From Perna viridis (taxonomy: Eukaryota), in assembly GCA_037379345.1 (NCBI GenBank), contig CM074520.1, positions 9,238,001 through 9,302,000 of the forward strand: a DNA stretch of 64,000 bases. Reading direction: 5' to 3'. Below, piece after piece: positions 1 through 13,500 of the stretch. Each line of letters begins with the position of its first letter. Within the stretch, counting starts at the first letter, position 1. A program made the position numbers and the translations under genes. The notes beneath the pieces were generated by a model. It was given only the letters and a program-made list of their open reading frames with translations. It was not told the origin of the DNA and did no database searches.

Positions 1-2625
1 TCGAATAAAGGATCACATTAACACTACATGTCACAAAAAATCAATATTATACAAATGTCGTAGAATGTGACGACTCTATTCGCTATACTGTTCCATCGGA
101 TCAAATTGGTGTATAGGGAAACTATTTATAATTTAGCTCATATTTCAGTTAAAAACATAAAAATATAAAGATGCTCTCAAACTAGCTCGGTAATACGTAT
201 TGCACTTAAGATTAAGTTGGGATATGTTGATTGGACATAAAACTGTTATTAATAAAAAATATGTTTAATATTGACAACTCTCCTTAAAAACGCTGTACAT
301 TGTTCATTGTTCCAATGAATCGAAGGATTTTGTTTCTTTTGTGGTGTATATATAATCTAATTAATTGTCATTAGAAATTAACAATAGCAAATGTTATGTA
401 AGTAACAATGTTTATCTAGAATATTTTGCAAAACCTTTGAGATTGAATTGATTCCGTTCTAGTGTACATAACGATTATGATTATTTGTTGGAATAACAGA
501 ATGTAACACTTTTGTGTCTATCTATCAAAAATTGATTAAAGGTTTGAAATGAGAAAAACAAACAAATAAGAAAACAATCAAAAATCAACATTTAGTAAAC
601 CTGTTATATAAATACATACATTTGTTTTTCATCCTAACGGACAGCGTTTTTTTTTTTTTTTTTTTTTTTTTGGAATAATTGAACTAATCATTTTAATTTA
701 ACATACAGCATTACAATTTATACGTATTATAAGTAGTGTATTGAAAATGATTTTTTACGCTTTTTTGAATAGTCGTAGTACTGCATTTGGTTCATATATA
801 ACAGACAGACGGACGTATATCTAAAGTTTTTTTCTTATAAAGTAATTGATTCTAAACTAGTTTTCCAAATAAGAAATCATAAAAAAAATAAATGAATAAA
901 TAAGAATTGAAGAACTCTAAATACTCTATACGTAATTGTGATAGACGCCAAGACATTTGCGGATAAAGCCGGGCACACTTTTTACATTTTCTACTATATA
1001 AATGAAAAGTTGTAATTTTATTCATAAATTACTTACCTAAACTTGAAAGCACCAAAAACACAGAGAAGAAATCCATATTCAACATCTTCGAATATCAAGT
1101 TTTATACCAAGTCAATATAAGATTTTTTCAATTTTCATTATAAACTAGGAGCGCATATCGGCATTTTTTATAACTAGTAAGTCATACTCATAAACACTTT
1201 TTACTAGAAGAACTTATACAACACTCGACTGATGAAGAACAAAATGTCTAATAATTTAATTTCTCGCTTTGTCTTTTTTCCGTACAAATAAAGTTGTCAA
1301 TAAACTAGATACTGTACATATTCAGTGGTCCATTTAATCAAATCAATACCCAAGAACGTTTCGCTTTAAAACTTTTAAAAGTTGTGCGGAATAATTTATA
1401 TACCTTAAAGCGTTTCAGTTTTACTTAGATTTCCATTTTATAAAAATTAGCTACCTTATAAAGCCTTTATAATTGCACAAATACTCGTTATATCACCTTG
1501 TAATAGCATTCAGAATGCATAGTTTGGTATCTTAGTTTATTTTCAGATTGATACCACTGTTATGGACCCATTGTGTATGAATTGATTAGTTTAAGTAGAT
1601 TCATGACTAGATTCTTTTTTCTATTGATTTACTGTTTGTTAAGGAGTCGTTGCTCAGGATGCCGATATAATACATTTTAATTCCTGGTAATTACACTATG
1701 TATGAAAACTTTTTGTTTGGATTGATTATATCAGATATTTTTATGTAAATATTTAAACAATCTAACTAATACTTGGAACAACAATAAAATGTTCTTCCCT
1801 AAATTTTATTTTATTTTTGAATATTTTAGTATATAAAGTAAATATGTATGAAATTACATTCTGTCATTCGGAGAACAACGGTGGCCAAAAGAAGATCGAC
1901 TTTCAAATATGATCAAGAAGAGCTCGATAACATTGAATATATGATGTAATCATACATTTTAATACTGGTGATTAAAAGTCAGTTTTTTTTTTTTTTTTGT
2001 TGTTTTTGTTGTTTTTTTTGTTTTTTTAAGTCAATTATTTATCTGCTATTGGGGATCTTTAATCATATATTACAAAATATGATAACAATATCTATCTAGG
2101 AAGTTTTTTTTTCTTCATAATAACGACATCTAATAGAAAAAATCTATACAAAATCCATGCACGTTTTCAATTTTTTAGCTGACTTTGTAATGATATATTT
2201 CTTTTATAGTTTTAATTATACTAATGTAACAGAAAGACACAGCGAGATATTCTTTAGACTACTTTTGCAACGTATCGTCACAATGTCAATGACAAGGAAT
2301 CAGGAATCATGTTGATATCAAAGACTTGATTTCATAGATTATTATACATAATTACTGTTGCAGTGTAATAAGTGAACTAAACAAACTCAATCATGCTTTT
2401 ATCAATTTAGATTATTAGTGAAAATATTTTAAAACAAATTGACAGCACAGGAAATGAGCATTATGGAACTTATTGAAGTAAACCAGTTGACATTGAACGT
2501 GTATACGCTATCTTGCACATAAATTGACAACGCCTAAGCAGATGCATATTGTAGTTGCAGCAAATCTTTTTTATTCATAAAACCATTGTCTATATTAGAC
2601 AGACATATTGAATCGTAATGCCAGA

Positions 2626-2776
2626 ATAATCAAGGGGACCAAGGTTATAGCGGTAATAAAAAGAATGTAATCCAGGGACAAAGACCAGACATGGAAAACA
2701 AACACACACAGCAAAGAACATGAAGTAACTAAAAACATATATGAAAAGTAACAAAAGTAATGAGCAACTCAGACTC
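2626..2776 (-). mobile_element. Naiad-type PLE 3' fragment
   Basis: Reverse complement of 28185-28332. Confidence 0.75.
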
Positions 2777-5700
2777 ATACAGTTTTCTACTTATGCCAAT
2801 TTGATAAAGTATTTCGGTGCCAACCTATTTTCTTCATAAGAGAAAATTATTTCCGGTTGATGCTTTAAAAAGTTCATTTTGTTCAAATTGTGTAAACTAA
2901 GCGGTTTGATCTGCATTGAAATCATATGATGATCATTTTAACTATGGATTGATAGTTAAAATCACATGATGCATACATATTTTAACAAAAATTGAAATAA
3001 AGATTTTTTTCTTTATTGTAAATCTAAACTCCCACCAATAATCGATTTGGAAGAGCGAAGAAAACAATATGTAATACTATTGCATTAGCATCGTTTGACC
3101 ATTTTAAATAATTGAAATCGACTTCGATATAATTATCAATGCTATATCAACGTTGAAGGACACGACAGAACGATCAGAAATATATCATTTTCAAATTGTT
3201 AAAGTTTATTTCGGGTATTCTAAAAAATGTAATAATATCTTTTTATTTCTGCAAAAAATAATAATCAAAATATTTCAAAATGTCATTATTGAATATTAAA
3301 TATACATACTCCTAATAAAAAGATATTTAGTATCGATCTCAAGTGTTTAATCGGAATTCAAAAGTGTAACAGGTCGTTTTTTTTTTGTTTTTTTTTGTAT
3401 TTTGCCACCACTGTTCCAGGTTAAAAGATGGTTGAGGGCTCACAAATATGCTCAACCCAACAACATACTTTATGTGCCTATCCAAAGCCAGTAGCCTGTA
3501 GTACAGTGGTTTTCGTTTTTTCATGTTCAATGTTATTCATTTTCTTTTTTTCCTATGGATTAGGTCGATTTCCGTATTTTTATGAACAGTTTCACTTCAT
3601 TTTTTTGGGGGGTTGGGGGGTTGGAGGGTGGGAGGGAGTGGCATTTTACAGCTTTCGTTTTGGTATGGGTTTTGCCAATCATATAAGATAGTGTAGTAAC
3701 CTGTAGAAGTTTAACAGAAGTTTGACTTTTAGTGAATAACAGTCTCATTGGCAATAATAAAACACATCCTAATTTTATAATAAAAAAATGACCGAACTGA
3801 TTTTCAAAAGGAATTGTCAAAAAAGAAATTCTATATAAAATGTCAATACCAAGGCAAAAACCGCATGTAGGTACTATAGTTTAATAAAAAATACTTAAAA
3901 TAATAGATATGATAAGTCATGTTTGTCTTTTTTATTGCTAGTACGTGATTGTTAATGTTATTACCAATTTATTGATCGGAGGAAAAAAATATTTCACTAT
4001 GCAATGTTGAACAATTATGGATCTTTTACCAGACATATGTATATACATTATAAAAATGAGTGGCCATACTTTAGTCATATATACACCTGTAAATAACATA
4101 CGAACATATAAATTCCATTTTAAATAACTAGATGCGAATTCTCAACTAATTGTAATACAATAATTCACAGAAAGTCGATAGTTCCTTTTTTGTTTGCGGA
4201 ATCCAAGAACCGCAAACAAATGTTGTCAGGAAGAAATCGGGCTTTGTTAAACAAAGGAGTGATTTATAATTCAAGTATGCACCATGTTCGGTCGATCTAA
4301 TTTGAATAGTCATTTGTAGTTTCTACCCAGAATCAATCAAGTATTATATCACAGAAAAATTAGATATCGGATAGGAAGTTTTCATGCCAAGTTAAAATTT
4401 GTTGGTAGGTTGATGAAGGATTTTAGTGCAACATGCTATACATTAAACGTTATAACCATCAAACGAAATTTAATTCATTGAAGATATCAGCTTAAGATTA
4501 CTAATTTAACAATTAGAAACGAAATCTTAACCTTACTTTTTGTTTTTAAATGAAAATTATTTGATACGAATACTTATTATCATACTTCATGTCAAACCTA
4601 TCTTTTCGTATTATTAAAAGGCATGTTTTTGAAGTACATTAAAAACGTTGTACGCGCAATATCATTACAATAACTCGTCCTTTTAACTACATGTAAAATT
4701 AAATCTGAATGTCCCATCTGTACGCTGTTTTCACTTGAAAAATGATAAAGTCAGACTGTAAAGTCTTATTTCTAAAACACAAAAGTAAAGTTGCATTCAT
4801 TAAAAATCTGTCCGCGTCTTAAAAATCGAAAAAAAAAAAACAATGTTAATTTTGTTTTAATATGACCTTTCCTTACCCTTAACAATCATATTGTGTTAGA
4901 TACGTACCACTCAGTGCTTTTTTGATTATGTTCAGTTGAAACAAAAACATGAACTTAAACCGCGAATGATCCTAGTAGGTTTTGAAAAGATTCGTGTCGT
5001 AAAAAATGAAAATATATAGGTTTGAAACAGCTTTCAAGTGATATCTATACGGACAAAAAGTAATATACTTCCGAAACGCTACACTGAGCTGTATGCTATA
5101 TTCCAACCTTGATAGTAGATTTCTTTTCCAATTTTCTTTTGCGATATATTTTATCTTAATTTCTATTATGCTTCTTAAGATTTTTTCAGCAATCAATAAG
5201 TTCTCTTTTAGCAACGGAACAATTCACATTCAAATCTTTGGTATCCATTGGAACGTGAATGAAATCTAATGTTAACCGGTGAGAAGCTGTATGAAGTGTA
5301 CTTGTTCAGCGTAATTAATTTATTACCTTTCTTTGTAGTCTGTCATGCATAATTCTTTTATTACTGAAGGATTAGATATATATTTTTTGTCGCCGTCTTA
5401 CAACGACTCTCCGATTAAATCGTTACATTGTTAAATGTCTCGGCAACGAATTTTATGTGGAATTTCCACCACTTTTAAGTGAAATGGTCGTCATATTTGA
5501 CTTATGTTTCATAAATATTGCACGAATAGGAAGATAGGAAATCCGTGATAGGATCAGAAATTGGAAAGAACCATAGATAAAATAAAGAGAACAAAGTTCA
5601 TAAAGAACGTTAACTTAAACCAATAGGGAATCGGTGAACTTTCACATGCGTTACCTTATATTCTGTCGAGGTAACGTTATGAAGGAGTAACAATTTCCAT

Positions 5701-6212
5701 ATTAAGAAACCCTTAACAATAACACACCGTGATACAATCGTTACTGATACCACCAGAAAGAGATATATAAAAAAAGATGGTTTTGCATACAATAGAGAAA
5801 CGACCATCTTTTATTTTTGAAATTTTGCTATACCCTCCTAAGTCTAGGTGTGAGGTATTTGCATATCGTTCGGAAAACGATCGTCCTTTATTTTTGAAAC
5901 TTCTCTATACTTTCGAAGTTGTAAGGAGAATAAACTTTGGGCTTTCTACGCCACAAAATGAATACCTTTTATTAATAAATATAAATGCATTATTAAGTTG
6001 TAACATTTTCTTATTCAGTACTTTATCACAAAAAAGACATTATTCACACAAAAGGAAAGTTGAAAGCCATTAACATTAATCTATTGTGTTGACCTGTGCT
6101 TATTTGAACACAGCTTTAAAACATTATTTTTAATATTCTTGAACCTATGGATTAGACACGTGTAACTTAGATTACCATCATTATATCGTGGTGTATGAAA
6201 AAACTCTTTCAT

Positions 6213-6393
6213 CTACCCTACCGGTCCACCTGGTCCATGCTCCCAGTTGCTCATTTGCTTTTGTTACTTTGTATGTATGATTGTAGTTACTTTATGTTCT
6301 TTGTTGTGTTTGTCTGTTTTCCATATCTGGTCTTTGTCTCTGGATTACATGTTTTAGATTACCTCTATAACCGTAGTACTCTTGATTACTCTT
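6213..6393 (+). mobile_element. Naiad-type PLE 3' fragment (internal deletion)
   Basis: taccctaccggt.cacctggtccatgctccc...cttgattactct. Confidence 0.75.
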
Positions 6394-7199
6394 TCAAAAA
6401 ATTGTTTCTTTTAAATCCGTCATGACTAAACATTTCATTTTTCAGTTTACTGTGCAAAGTTTTTAAAAATGCATTCATACATTGTTTTATCTACCATCAA
6501 AATTCAAATATTGTCACATTAATTTTGTTTCAGTAATAAATAAGCTATTACCGTCGTGTAAATTAACAACATATACCCATTTAGCGGAGGAAAGATATAG
6601 TCGATACTCTGAATTGATAATGGAGATTCGTTTGCAGAATTTATAAAAACAATCCATTAATTGATTATTAAAAGAGACCAAAATTTATCACTCATTGAAA
6701 TATTGGCATTTATAGTTCTTCATTGATTTTCAATGTAAATTGTCGAAACTGATCACATTTCTACATTTGTTCAGGGCAATTTATTTCCATGAATATCTTC
6801 TTCCAAATTAAATTCTGAAATAACATCTTAACAATGAACCGTTATAGTAGCTTTTCATACCTTTATTAAGGAGGTTAAATAAAAACTCCTTAGATAAAAA
6901 GAGTAGAAATTTTCGTGTCTACAAAGAAAATGTCCTTTCGAAAAAATCATTTCGGCCAAAAATAAAATAACATGACTTTTATATGCTAAACAAATTTAAT
7001 TTGATATGTGCTCATAATATGAGGTGAGACTATAATGAAGTATAATTAAGTTTCTGATTACTTGGTTCTACTTACTGTTTATCTTATCTTTAGGTTGCCT
7101 ATTTCGAACGAGAATGTTGATTTAAGGTTAAGTATAACAACATGTTATGATCAATTAAAAGGCCTGCATGGTTTAAGTTTCTTGTTAAAATACAGTGTA

Positions 7200-7390
7200 C
7201 GAAAAAATATGTTCTTCCGTTTTCGTTGTTTTTCTATGACAGACAGCCCATGACAGACAGGTGTGCGCGACCGTTGTCTGTCATTGGTAAAATATCCAAT
7301 CGCAAGAAAAGTAAAAGTAGTTCAGTTAAGTTCAGAGGGTCAATGAATAAATTAATTCATCTATTTGTAAGCAGATCCACATCTTAATTT
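7200..7390. repeat. Dispersed repeat with internal hairpin; inverted copy at ~55960-56135
   Basis: atgacagacaggtgtgcgcgaccgttgtctgtcat hairpin; flanking sequences align in reverse complement between the two loci. Confidence 0.55.
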
Positions 7391-8216
7391 GCGTGACAAT
7401 GTATGCTATTATAATTAAAATTATCCAAAAACTGAAGAATTAAGTACTATTTAATGAATTTGCAGGGAAATTACTGTTAATCGCAATCGTGTGAAACATA
7501 TTTCGTCTTTTCCCTCTTCCCACTGCGCTCCACTCGTCAAAATACGGAAGTTCTCACACTCGTAAAAGAAATCCCAGATCTTCAATAGAAACTCATATGA
7601 AAACCTATTAAAGTCGTTGGTCGTAAAAAGTAAATTAACCCTCCTTTTGTTTTACATTGTATTCCACACTTTAAACGTTTAAAATATACCGCATTGTTTT
7701 CTACTTAGATTGGTTTTATATGCTTCTCATATTTGCAGGTTTTACTGAAATATGCGGGGTTCACTGAAAATGATTTGTTTAAGCCGAATAGTGCAAGAGT
7801 GCTATGTCTGTCACTGTAACTCTGTTTTATTTCTAAAACAAAATTATCTGGCAACAAGTTGGAAAAGATATAAATTTGTAATGATTTGTTCAAAAGTTTG
7901 AATTGTTTAACATTTTTGTCGCAATAGTATTGATCGAGTTCATTTTTGTTTTCTGAATTGCATATCTTCGTTTAATAATTCACCCAGATAAACACATGTC
8001 CTTTATATTTAATGTAACACAAACATAATAAACTGTACAAAATACGAAATATCACAGTAAAATACAATAATACCATTATCGCAGAAAGAGTGCACATCCT
8101 CATAAATATCAACAATGCTTGTTAACTTTGTTTTTATATAGCTGGTCACACTTTTAATATTAATCTCAATCAAAATGCATAGCGTTAAGTTTTAAGTAAT
8201 AAATAAAATTGAAGTT

Positions 8217-10549
8217 CTAAGGTCGCCAAGCATATGGAAGGTCAGGAAGCTGTTGCTTAGGAACGCCACGTAACGGTGGAAGAGAAGTAGAATACGTTTT
8301 TGTCAGGTCTTGGTCGTTAAGAGTTGTCCTTGTTCTTAATATATCAAAGGCGGTTGATTTAGATATTTTATCTGGAATATCATCATCATCCTCTAACTCT
8401 TGCACGCCGAGCGTACGCATTCTCCGAATAATTGTTGCTTTAGTAATTTGTCGGTCACCTCTGCCGTCATGAATAGTATTTTGTGGTTGAGTCAACCATG
8501 GATTTTCTTTCCTCGTCGGGGGCCTTGACAACGTCTCCATACTTATCTGTGTTCGTGACCTTGATAAATATTTGTCATTATTTCCATGATTTGATTTGGT
8601 GTGGTATATCGATTTAAGGGCTTTAAGACGATCATTATAGACAGTTTCATCATATTGTGGTTGTTTATGTGCATTATACCGTTGTTCAGGAACGTACTGT
8701 TTCAAGGGAAGAGTATAGATGCTTTGCCGTTTTCGACTCCGATAAGCACTTGACGAATTGTTGAGCGACATGATATCAGACTCCCATTCATTATATCTTG
8801 ATGATATCTCGTCGTCAATGGTTGATTTTCTCGCTGGTTTTACTTCCTTTTTATTTTCAATAGATCCTGGACTACTGTGATGTCGCCTTTCTTTGATCAT
8901 CTTCTCAGGATGAAGAGACAAATTTTCAGTCTTATTTTCAAAATCATTTTGATCAGATTTACCCGAACACAGTGGTTCTATCTTACTACTATCTTTAATC
9001 TCAATTAACTTCATTTCATTTGATTTTACCAGTGGTGATAATGGTTCCACTTTAATTTTTCTGGTTAAGCTTTGTTTTTTGAACTTCATTTTTGCGTTAG
9101 GAATATAAATCCTTGAATTATCTGTGTAAAGCGCAGTCATTTCCTTCTCAAAATTGTCGTTTTTATTTTTATTTTCATTTCTAGAATCGGTTTTACTATT
9201 TTCGTTGTTACACAGTTGTTCTTTCCTGCTTGCCTGTGTTGATACAAATGGTGTATTTGAATTTATCTGTTGTTGCGTATTTTTTATTTCAGAATAGATC
9301 AGCTGAGCCTCAGTTTTATTTGTAATGGCTGTAACTTCTACTTTATCCTTTTCATCAGTGTTTACCGTATTTGTACTATCATCATCGTTAATTATATAGG
9401 CAGAGGCATTTTTCGTCGTATTATTGACCGAAGATTCACTTTCCTTGATGTTAACTGCTGGCTCATGATGGTCCGACAGTGTAGTTTTATTGACATTTTT
9501 ATCCTTGTATTTGCTACTCTCTGTTTCGTCGTTGAAGTCATCGTCGTTTTCTGTATGATCTAAGATATTTGAATTCTCGCAGTATGGCAATGTTCCACTA
9601 AGATTCAGGCTTCTGTTCAGTTCAATTATATTATTTGAATTTCCCTTCATCACATTTTCGTATTTTTTCTGTTCTCCTGATGATGAAGTATGGGAAGACG
9701 ACTTGTCATAATCACGATGTTTTGAAAGTTTTGCAGATGCTTTTCCATTTTTATATTTTTGATTTTCCAAAGCTTTCGTTTGTTGTACTTGGGGTTCATT
9801 TGCGGTTCCACTGCTTTTTATAGTTCTTTTTTCTTTATCATCCTTTTCATTTTTGTTTTCGCCTCTTTCGTTTCTAAAGACAGTCTCTGTTTTACCTTTG
9901 TTTGTATCGGGCGTTTTTGTTTCACGTTTGGGACTATCGAGATTGTTCAACTTGTTTTCATAAATCGCAGTCCCGTGTCTTAATTCGTCATTTTCTTTTC
10001 CTTTGTTCACAACAATTGTGTTATTCTCCTCAATTTTATTCGATCTTGTTATTTTAGATTTGTTGGTTTCTTCCGTCTTTTCTTTCACATCGGTTTTAAC
10101 CACTGCCGTTTCTAATCCCTCCTCTTTGTCGATTTGTTTTACTTTATGCTCGCTTTTCTGTTTTTTGCGGTTGTTGTTAACGTCTTCCTTTGCAACGACG
10201 ACTTCTGTTTTGTTTACTTCACGTTTTTGACTTTTTGTTCTCTCATTAGATGATCCCTGATTTTCCTCCTCTTTGACGATGGTCGTATACGACGGAGGAG
10301 GAGAATGTAGGTTTTGTTGGTTGTCATCTCCACTGTCTTCGTGTAAAGAGCTATTCTCGGAGGAAACCACCTCTGGCCTCGGGGCAGAACGTCTTTTCAA
10401 CTTCTTTGGTAGTTTTCTTGTCTCTTTTTTCTTCTTTTTTGATTTCTTACAGCAAATACAACATAAAAGTATAACAATAACGAGCAAGAGGAATCCAACC
10501 ACGGAGCAGGCTATGATGATATATATTGTGTAGTCTGGTCCCTCCGAAC
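8217..10549 (-). CDS. Terminal exon of CUB receptor (TM helix plus cytoplasmic tail)
   Basis: Lies within the 784-aa ORF of the track; acceptor ttttctag at 10550-10551; hydrophobic helix followed by an N/K/E/T/S-rich tail. Confidence 0.9.
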
Positions 10550-13500
10550 CTAGAAAATAACACAGGCACATAAACGGAAATGGTTAAAGTCTGAAAATCA
10601 TTCTAAATAACTACTAACAACAAGTTTATGTTAAGTAAACTCAGTAACATCAAGATAAATGGCCAATTAAATATCATCAGGAATGAATGGGGAAAGATAA
10701 ATGGGAAATCCAGCGATACCTAGAAGGATGGAAAAATCAGAAACATCTAAACGAATGTAAAGTTCAATAAGAAACAGCCTTAACTATGCTTATAGGGGAA
10801 CAGTTAAAATGTTTAATACCTACTCGGAACAGGTGCAAGAGTACTGGTTGGAGCGCCAGATAAAATATAGCTGATTTGAAAACCAGGTAATTCATCGGAC
10901 TCATCTGTTGTGAAAGTTACGAATACTTCATTGCCGACAGATGCAGTAATTGTGCCTATTTGAGTCGAACAGCATGGTTCTTTCTTGTCTTTAAGAAGTT
11001 TTGTAGCATAAGCATCCGGTCCTAAGATAAAAAAAAACACAAACAGTTATTGAAAAGAAATATTAAGGAGGTAGATCTAGGGTAAGGGACATAATTCATG
11101 AAGTCAGTGGTATGTTTGTATCATATTCAACTTCACCAAATGCTATCAAGCTTTCATTTGACACATAATGAAATTAATCTAAGTTACTTCGATGCTTACA
11201 TGATATTGATGTAAAATGCTGAATACAAACGTTCCAGTGATTTTTAAGAGTTGTGTACCTTACCCTAGGTCTAAATCCGTAAGTTATATCATGTAGTTAT
11301 TCTCTGGCAGCAATACGAGTATAGAAACTGAGAAAGTACAATTGAACGTGTCACAACCATGGATAAAATTATTTATTTTTTTTGTTATTGAAAGAAAATC
11401 CATATAGAATCATTTTTGTCACGTCGTCTACCATCTTTTTCTTTCAAGTTCTGGGTTAAAAAACAATATTTTTTACCATCATAAATTTGCACTAAATCGT
11501 GTAGACAAACTTGTTTACTATTTTCAATGACACAACTGAGAAACTCGAGGGCAATGGAGTAGTTACTGCTTTCTCCAACTATTAACCAAGTTCTACTGTA
11601 GTTCCTAGAAAAAGAATAAGGCATATTAAATAATAAAAGCATGCAAAAACATAAAAACATTGCAGTGCTTTACTCCAATTAAGGCCAGGTAACATATATT
11701 TTGTCAGAACATATCATTTGAAAACGCAGACTCGATGAAACTTCATTTCTTAAATTTCACTGCGATTAACTAGAAATAGCATAAAGTGTATTTACATAAT
11801 GCAACTTAGGATCATATGTATTTTACAGAAACAAATTTGCTGTACGTAATTGCATCGAACAACAAAGATTTTTTTAAGAAGTGCCATGAGCACAGAACAA
11901 AACAAATGAGTCATGATTTGAATGGTAATCAAACAATATATTCTACGAATAACGATCAGACATGGGAAAAAACAAAAAAAATTAAATAATATGTACTAAG
12001 TAATAGTAATGTAAATAAACAACCTGTATTACAGGAGCATTAATCCTGTACATTGGGAAGATAATTGTCCCCTCTTTTCAATAAACATCCATCAAGTTGC
12101 TCATATGTCACGTTAGAGGTAGATTTCAAAGGAATGGAAAATTATGACTTAGTAATTGGTCTCGTGGTGCAAAAGGATATACCTTCGCAAGTTCAAGATA
12201 ACAACAATATAACTTTTGTAGTGGTGAATTTAATCTTGTAGCAACATTACCTTGTTAAAGGAGCCTGATAGTCAAGCATGGTATAAATAGTCCACGTAGT
12301 TTTGGCAAGCTCTGGCAAAACGTATCTGCTGTGTTATGAATGGTAAAATGAAAACTCCATATGCATGTACAAAAGTTGAAAGTTAATTGTTTGGTCACGG
12401 GTATTTTCATTTATTCCGTCGATCTTTGAAAAGTATGCCAACAATACACAAAAAAACTTAAAATTAAAGAAAATCTGCACTCTTAAAACAGAGGGTATGC
12501 ACCAGGTGTACCGGTTTACAACATTATATGCAGGAGAAGTGTTGCTGAAGACAAACTAACAACTATCGATTTCACATGCAAATTCATTGCCTCTGTCATA
12601 AAGATCACTATTAATCACTAATAGTAGATCATAACATGAGGAAATCCGAAAATTTGACCCTTCTCTCGTTCAATCATCTTGGATTATTCAATGGTAGAAA
12701 GTCATTTATTAAACTGGGTTAAGGGACGTGACCGAGTTGCAATCTTTCTCTTTTATATCAGATCTGCAACAAAATCTGCCAAATTAGAGGGCAGGGGCAT
12801 ATCTGTGATCAAGATAATATGATTAGTTCCGACTGGAAAACGATTGTCTGTAAAGCATCATATATTACGCTGGATAAATATTATCTATAAAGAATAAACA
12901 TTTAAATGCTGTAATTATATCAGGAAATGATGAGATATTGTTAATTCACTACACCTGTAAATATTAAAGCATTCATAACTAATACACTATATGGTTATTC
13001 TTATAATCGTTACATGCGTATCAAGATATCGTGTACCTGGGATATGGTGTAGTTCCATTATAACCATCGTGTGAACTGAAGGTCTGGGAATATGCTGTGG
13101 CTGTAAGGTTGATACTATCACACAGAATTATATCTGAAAAGAGTGAAAATTCCAATACCTCAACGGTACATCAAGTACTTCAGTACAATTTCGTCTCGAA
13201 AATAAGCATGTCTAAAACTTTAAAATGTCCAAACATTCAGTATTCGAATAACTTGAATTTTAACTTTAATAATTTAGTATCAAGCACAATAGAAACTAAA
13301 GTAAATATTAATGATTTCCAAGATTTTCAACAAATCAATTTACAATGCATATCTTTCGTTTCATTTCGTTTTTCATGTAGAGTGATTCAAAACTATCATC
13401 ACATCAATGATATAACAATTATTTGCATGTTTTTTTTTCATGTACGGTTCTCTTGTTTGTATTCCCTTTTACTTTATTTGTCAAAAGTAAAACAAATGAC

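Noticed and set aside
3607-3636. G-quadruplex-capable G tracts (also 60857-60904)
   Set aside because: Low-complexity G runs with no positional or conservation evidence for function.
9270-10533. Plus-strand ORFs overlapping the large minus-strand exon
   Set aside because: Antisense shadows of an A-rich coding exon, with no independent evidence.
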